Origin: a virus
Taxonomy: Duplodnaviria > Caudoviricetes
Virus record (IMG/VR): IMGVR_UViG_3300028832_000114
Coordinates: 32,001-96,000 of that record
Strand: one strand, 5' to 3'
DNA: 64,000 bases
Positions 57,501-64,000 of the stretch are shown here, piece by piece. The translations under genes and the position numbers were made by a program. Positions within the stretch are counted from its first letter, which is position 1. Each line of letters starts with the position of its first letter. The notes under the pieces were generated by a model. That model did no database searches and had not been told where the DNA came from. It worked only from the letters and a program-made list of their open reading frames with translations.

Positions 57501-59773
57501 GTACCATTTAAAGTATTATATTTATTTTGTAAAACTTTTCATTCCACAGTAAAACTACCGCTACTATCAGTTCCATCAAATATTTTTTGTCCGTTTTCTC
57601 ATAATTGAATTCTAAATCATTTTTTTGGAGTAGCAACACCATAATTCATAATACCATTTAAAACCATTGGATAGTCATCAAAATTACTATTATTTGTATT
57701 TGGAACTATTTTACATATAATGTCACTACCATTAGTTCCAGGTTCACCCTGTTTTACAAAAATAAAATTAGTTTTTGCTTCTAAAGTTAAATTTTTATAT
57801 TTAACTGTTAATTTAATATCATTATTTGTTTTATTAATATTATATTCATCCACAATTCCATATCTCAAGCTTAAATTATTAGAACTTTCTCCAACTAATA
57901 AAGTATTTTCAGTTGGAACTTCCCATTGAACATCACATTCTTCTAAAACAATGTCACTTAAAAGATAACCTAAATTATCTGTAATTGTAAATGTTAATGG
58001 CTCAATAGTAATTGGTCTTTCTAATGAACTATTAACAGGTGAAACACCTAAATCATCATAAGTAAATACTTGAGTTCCATTAATAATATTTAAAACATAT
58101 TCACCTTCAGTCAATAGTCTATTGTGAAGAGTAATTGCGGCAGTACCTACAACTAAATCTTGTTTTTTAACCAAACATTTAAAAGTTGTATAATTAGTTA
58201 CTTGACGCATATCTATTTTAATAAGTTTATTTTTTTCAACCCTTTGAATATTATCATATTTATCTACAATTACTTGAAGCGCGTCCAAGTCTGCTTGAAC
58301 GGCCGCAGGCATTATTTCTTCAGTTGCAATCTTTGCTTGTATTAAGTCACGATCTGCAATCGCTTCATTATATTCAATATTTTCATCATAAGTTTCTAAT
58401 AATTCAGTTACGGTACCATTAACATCAACCATGCTTCATGAATAAGTATAATCTTCTAAATTTTCTTCTTTATCAACATAGCAAGTCAATGTTGGTCTTC
58501 CATTATCAAAATAAAATTTTGTACCTAAACTACTAATAATACTAAGTTCTGTGTTACCTTCATAAACATAAATACATATTTCATCTTTCGCAAGTATCTC
58601 TTCTCTTTTAACAACAATACATTTAATATTAGTACAACTACTATTACAAAAACTTCTTGTAATAACACATTTATCATTTTGAGTTAATCACATTTTAGTT
58701 TGTTCATCAACGATATTATATTCATTAATACATTCCCACCCCTCACCAGCATAATTTATATAATTAACATCATTAATTTTTACTTCATTGTTTTCTCTAA
58801 ATCAGTAATATTGAATTTCTGTATTATTAACAATCTTACCATCGTTTCTTAGTACACTTTCAATAGTAACAGTATCGGTAGGTAAACTAAATTCATTAAA
58901 ATATCCTTTACCAGGTTTACTTAACACCAATGTATATCCATTACTATTAGATAAATCTCTTAATCCATATAATTCAAAATCTTTAATAAAAATATCATTT
59001 TTTAATAAATTATCATTAGTAATAATATAAGGAAAGCCCTTTTCAAAAATGTAAATAGATTTAACCTGAATAAAATTTTCATTACTAATTTCAAAAATAT
59101 CATATTGTTTAGTATAATCTTTTTGATCATATGGAGAACCTGTCATCCTGTTAACATCAACAACAAAATCTTTTTGAATAACATCACCGGTAATATTATC
59201 CGTAAATTCCATAGTGACACCAAATCCAAAATTACCACTTTTTTGTTGTTCTACTGGTAAATCGGTTTTAAACTTAGCTCCACAAAGTATCATTCTTGTT
59301 TCAGCAATAGATTCAGAAAAAACTATCGGGTCAAAATTAATATTATTAACATTATTTTCTACATCATATAAATATAATTTATTATTATCTTTGTAAGAAC
59401 ATAATTCAAATTCTTGTATTGCGGAAATTGAATTTCCAACCTCTATTTCATATTGTTCATCTTCTTCCTTAATAATATTTCTTTCTATTGCTTCTTTATC
59501 AACAGTATCAAGAATTGTTTTTGTTTTACTAAAATCATTATTAGGAATTGTAATGTATACTAAAGTTCCTTCTGGATACTTTATATCAATATTACTAGAA
59601 TATGCTTCAATTTCACTATCTTGGTATTTTATTTTATATTTTCCAGTTTCCGCATCTTCAAGTGAAATAATTGTCCCTTGAATTGTTCTATCATAACCAG
59701 CTTTAGACACTGCATTATCTACCATAGTTTCAATAGCATCAAGAATTTGATTTTCATAATTAACACTACTCAT
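54596..59773 (-). CDS. very large tail/central fibre protein, ~1725 aa (code 4)
   Basis: Fragments 58802, 57617, 57101, 56606 and 56123 share one frame; C-terminal G.I.GW.I repeats. Not every intervening codon was checked. Confidence 0.7.
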
Positions 59774-59815
59774 TGAAACACTCTCCTTTTCTCTCTTCTT
59801 TTATTCTTCTAAAAT

Positions 59816-59857
59816 AATATAAAAAATTATTAAATTATATTTTCTTTATTGGGCCAA
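59816..59857 (-). promoter_or_regulatory. candidate late-promoter motif
   Basis: GGCCCAATAA-N20-TTTTTATATT. Confidence 0.45.
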
Positions 59858-59859
59858 AT

Positions 59860-59896
59860 AAAAAAAATAGGTAGTTATTATTTTAACTACCTATTT
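59860..59896 (-). terminator. terminator after the tape measure gene
   Basis: AATAGGTAGTTA/TAACTACCTATT stem followed by a U-run on the minus strand. Confidence 0.7.
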
Positions 59897-62800
59897 TCCA
59901 TTACCCTTTGTGCAGCAACATTAACTAAATTATTTAACGCCTCTTCAATTTCTCTTGCATTACGAACATTAGGGAATGATGCGTCAATGTGAACATCTTG
60001 TTCTAATAATCCATTGCCGCCACTAATATTTGTATAACCAGAAGCACTTGCATTTGCTAATTTAGATAATACTGTACTACCAAGTGAATATGTTAATCCT
60101 CTCATTACTGAAATAGCATTTAACATATTTTTAGTATCTGATTGATTTAAAACAAGTTCTTTTTGATGTAGAGTTGCTAAACGACCTTGACCACTTCAAT
60201 TGCCAGTATAACCACCAGTATCATATCCAGAAATATCTTTAATTTTAATCCATCCAACTCATGAACTACTCTTACTAAAATCAGGACTTGTTCCAACATG
60301 AACTCAACCCTTACTCTTATAATTTGTATTTTGGATATATAATTTTGAACCTTTTTTATAATATGGATTTTTTATGTAACCGCTTCCAACAGATGTTGCA
60401 TAACTAGAATTAATTGTAACTTTATCTCCAACATCAACTTGTCCATTGCCTTGAGGTTCTACTTTTGTAGGTTCTTGTTTTTCTTCAAGAGTTTCATTAT
60501 TATTTTCATTATTGCCTTGATTACCTTGTTGACCATTTTTTTCTTCATCTTCAATTTCATCTATTTGTTTATTCTTTTCTTTATGTTCATATTCATAAGC
60601 TGCGGTTGCCGCATTTTTTGCAGCCTCTTCTGCATCTTTATATTGTTTTGTTAATTTAACAACTTCATCATAAACCTTTTTAACATATTTTAATTCTTTT
60701 TTATAACAGTCAATTAAATCTTTATTATCTTTTACTAAAGTTTCTGTTTTAGTAATATCTTCATCAAGACCATTTTTAATTTCTTCAAATGTTTTGCCAG
60801 ATGATTTTTCTAAAGCCGCTATATCAGATGAATATGTTTTTTGAGCTTTAGTAATTTTTTGTCAACTTTTTTTAGTAACAGTAGCAAAACCACTTTCTCC
60901 ATTGAACGTATCGTTCATATTGTTTGTATTATCAACAATATTTTGTGCAGCTTCTTGAAAACTTTGAGACATTTCATTAGTTTTACTTTTTACAGAATTA
61001 GATGTTTTAGTAAAGGCTAAATCAATTGCCGCAATTCCACCTTCTCCATCTTCTCCTGTTAAGAAGTAATCAAGCATATCTGAAACACCAGTTTTTCAAG
61101 TTGGCACCATTTCACGTAAAATTAAATCTTTTTCAGTATTGGTTAAATTTGCAAAAGCCTCTTCAGACAAATCATTTAAATTTTTTCAATCCTCAAAAGC
61201 AGATTCTTGTAAATTATATTTTGAATCTAAATAATCTTGTTCAATTTGAACCATTAACTCATTATATTGTTCTTGGATTAATTTTTCTTTTTCTGCACGT
61301 TTTTCTGGATCTGTAATCATTGCAGCTTCTGCCATTTTTTGCTGATATTCACTATAAATGCTGTAAGCATCATTTAATACTTGATTATATCTTTCTTTAT
61401 CAAAATTATATAATGAATTAGTTAATTGATCAACTTGATCTTGCGCTTTTTGAATTTCATCTTGATTAGCAGTATACTGATAAGTATAATTACCTTGGCT
61501 ATCTCTTCTTAATCTCATTTGAGATTTATTTTGACGAGCATCTTCAAGGGCTAATCTAGCAACTTCAAGTTCATATAATTTATTTGCTCTATCTAAATCA
61601 TATTGAGTTAATCTATCTTTCTCTTCTAACGTTGCTAATTGCTCATCCATAATTTTTTTCAATTTTTGTTGAGCTTTAGTATTATCAGATTTATTAATAG
61701 CATCTGTATATTTTTTCTCTAATTCTCGAATGCCATAAGTTGCATTGATTGTATCAAGATATCTGTCTGCATTTTTATTAATTAGTTCTCATTGTTCATT
61801 TACAAAATCCAATCCTTTTCCACCCGTTACTTCATTATTTAAAGCTTTAAAAATTCCATTAATAGCATTTTGAAATTTATCAACTGCATTTTGCAAACTT
61901 TCTTCTAATGTTTTGTTAAGATCTTGGGCTGCAGTTTTTCAATTTTCAGTAACAGCTTCAAGTCTCTCTTCTGCATCTAAATACTCATCTTGAACTTCTT
62001 TTCATTCTGTACTATTTTCTTCTAATGTACTTAATTCTTTTTGTAAATTATCAACTCTTGTTTGTTCTGCGCTCATTTGTTCTGCTCAGAATTGTTTTTC
62101 TTGTCTTTGAAAATCTAATGTATCATTATAATTTTCTTGCTGTCTTGTATAAAATTGGTCTAACTCTTCATATGAGTCTTCTCCATAAACTAATTGAATA
62201 ATTTTTTTATCATGTTCTATTAAATCATTTAATAAATTATAATTATCAATTTGTTTATCAAAAGCTTCTTGAGATGCAGCTATTTGATCTAATACCGCTT
62301 GATGTAAATCTCTTTCAACTTGTTCAGCATCTTCAATAGATTGCATTAAAGCAGTATATTTATCTTTAAGTTCATCTAATGCTTTAGCTCGATCATTAAC
62401 AGTAGTACCATCTGCCGCCTTAGCGCTATAAACGGAACTAAGACCACCTTCATCCATAATTTTTAATTCTCTAAGAATTGATTGTACTTGTGATGTTTGA
62501 GCTTGAATATCTCCACGACCATTTGCCGCATAATATGTTTGAAGATCTGCTTTTCTAGCTTTAGCATTACCTAAAATATCGCTTTCTCTAATACCTTGAA
62601 TATTTTTCTTTTTTCATGCATTTCAATCTCTTGTTGCTTGATTCATATCAAGAGTAATTTCTAATTTTAAATTAAATTTTTGAATTTGAATTTCTATTTG
62701 TTTTTCTAATGCATCTAATCTACTTTGTTCTAATTCTGGAATTAAACTAACTGTAACTTCATCATATCTATCAATATCAGATTTAAATTTTTCATATTTT

Positions 62801-63999
62801 TCTTTTGCTTTACTTAAAATTTCATCATCGTCTCATTTTTCTTGCTGAGCTTTAGTTAAACCATTATATTTATCTACTAATGCATTATATTCAGCTTCTG
62901 CAGCATCTAATGCTTCTTTATAATTAGAAACTGTTTTATCACTGTTAAACACAACACCCCGTGCAGCTAATTTTTTAGCTAACTCATCTTGTTCGCCCTC
63001 AGCAATTTTTAATTTTTTAGTATAATTATTAACTTGAGTATTTAATAAACTCCATTGTTGATTTAAATTTTTTAATAAATTACCACCAACAAGTTTATTT
63101 TGTTGAGATTCTAATTTTTTTAATGAATTATCAATTTTTGTAATCTGAGTATTAATTTTATGATATCTATCTACTTCATCATCTATATGTTTTTCTTTTT
63201 TAGGTTTTGATTTTGATCCGCCGCCAGATTTTCCTTTTCCTGTGTCTGTTGGTGGTTTATATTTAAAATTACCAACATTTGCACCTTTAAACTTAGTATT
63301 ACCAGCATTAATTACAGGAATATTGATTTGTCCCTGAACATCTGTAGTTGCTTTATTAGTAAATGTTTTTGTTTCTCCTGTCGTTGGGTCTGTATATTGG
63401 TATGTTGCGGTTTCAGAGTTAACCTCAGTAAGAGTTGCTGGAACCGTATCAATTGTAGGATTATAACCAATACCAGCTAAAATTTCATTAGCCTGTTCTT
63501 TAGTAATATCAAAATTTCTTAATAAAATATTTAATTTTTCTGCTAGTTGTGGATCAATTTCAGTTCCAATTTGTATCTTTTCAAGATCTAATCCCTGAAT
63601 ATAATTTACCAAATCATTAACTTCATTTGGTAATTTATCTTTTCAATCTGTTTTTAAATTAACAATAAAATCTTTTGTTGCAGCTTTTTGTAAATCATCT
63701 AAAACCTTTATATCACCACTTGCTAATTTTTGTATTTCTTTTAAATGATCTCTAACAAAATCTTCTGATATATCTTTTCCTAAAATATCTTTTACTGCGG
63801 TAATAGCTTTACCAACCTGTTCCATTTCATCTGGAGTAAGATTTTGTCTTTTTTGTCATTTCTTAAGACTATCTTCTCCATCTTTTAATGCCGTATTTAA
63901 AGTATCTAATTTTTTACTTAATTTATAATGATGTTCTGCTGCGGTAATAGCAAATGAATCATTTTCTTTTAAAGCTTTGCTATTTTTTATTAATTCTTG
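59887..63999 (-). CDS. tape measure protein, C-terminal part (5'-truncated; code 4)
   Basis: Six ORF fragments in one frame; long helical/coiled composition; terminal YDTGGYTG.(W)...LATLHQKELVLN...IDASFPNV. Confidence 0.8.
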
Positions 64000-64000
64000 A

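Noticed and set aside
42146-61316. Short plus-strand ORFs in the minus arm and alternative-frame ORFs 48330 and 50043
   Set aside because: They are shadows of structural genes or by-products of coding repeats.
3939-63999. Widespread pseudogenisation or sequencing errors as the cause of fragmented ORFs
   Set aside because: Breaks are in-frame TGA at Trp positions with the frame preserved. Only gyrA shows a true frameshift.
1-64000. Bacterial (Mollicutes) chromosome rather than phage
   Set aside because: Housekeeping-like genes are compactly interleaved with phage-type helicase, primase and RuvC, and converge on a tape measure/tail/holin module. No ribosomal or rRNA genes are present.

Overview
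This is a 64-kb segment of a large, very AT-rich tailed-phage (Caudoviricetes-like) genome that reads TGA as tryptophan (genetic code 4). The supplied standard-code ORF track therefore splits many genes. The plus arm (1-35.6 kb) carries sigma-A-type promoters and a near-autonomous replication set: gyrA, NAD ligase, SSB-like protein, AAA recombinase, DnaB, primase, RecJ, RecD-like helicase, DnaE and RuvC. It also holds nucleotide-metabolism genes (nrdD/nrdG, glyA, tdk, thyX, dut), a peptide deformylase and a six-gene sugar dehydratase/glycosyltransferase cluster. The minus arm (35.7-64 kb) converges on it and encodes the tape-measure C-terminus, large tail proteins, several fibre genes and two holin-like genes. 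It also contains an inserted six-gene cassette of unknown function behind an attenuator-like leader. The most notable observations are: (i) TGA use differs sharply between genes (dnaE 0 TGA/19 TGG; a glycosyltransferase 13 TGA/1 TGG); (ii) a leader ORF with an in-frame TGA runs into a terminator stem upstream of the unknown cassette; (iii) GCGG/CCGC and NotI sites are strongly enriched; (iv) a candidate non-sigma-A late-promoter motif recurs on the minus arm; (v) one GIY-YIG nuclease is membrane-anchored. No tRNA, rRNA, CRISPR array or integrase was recognised. All calls were made by eye and no searches were run.
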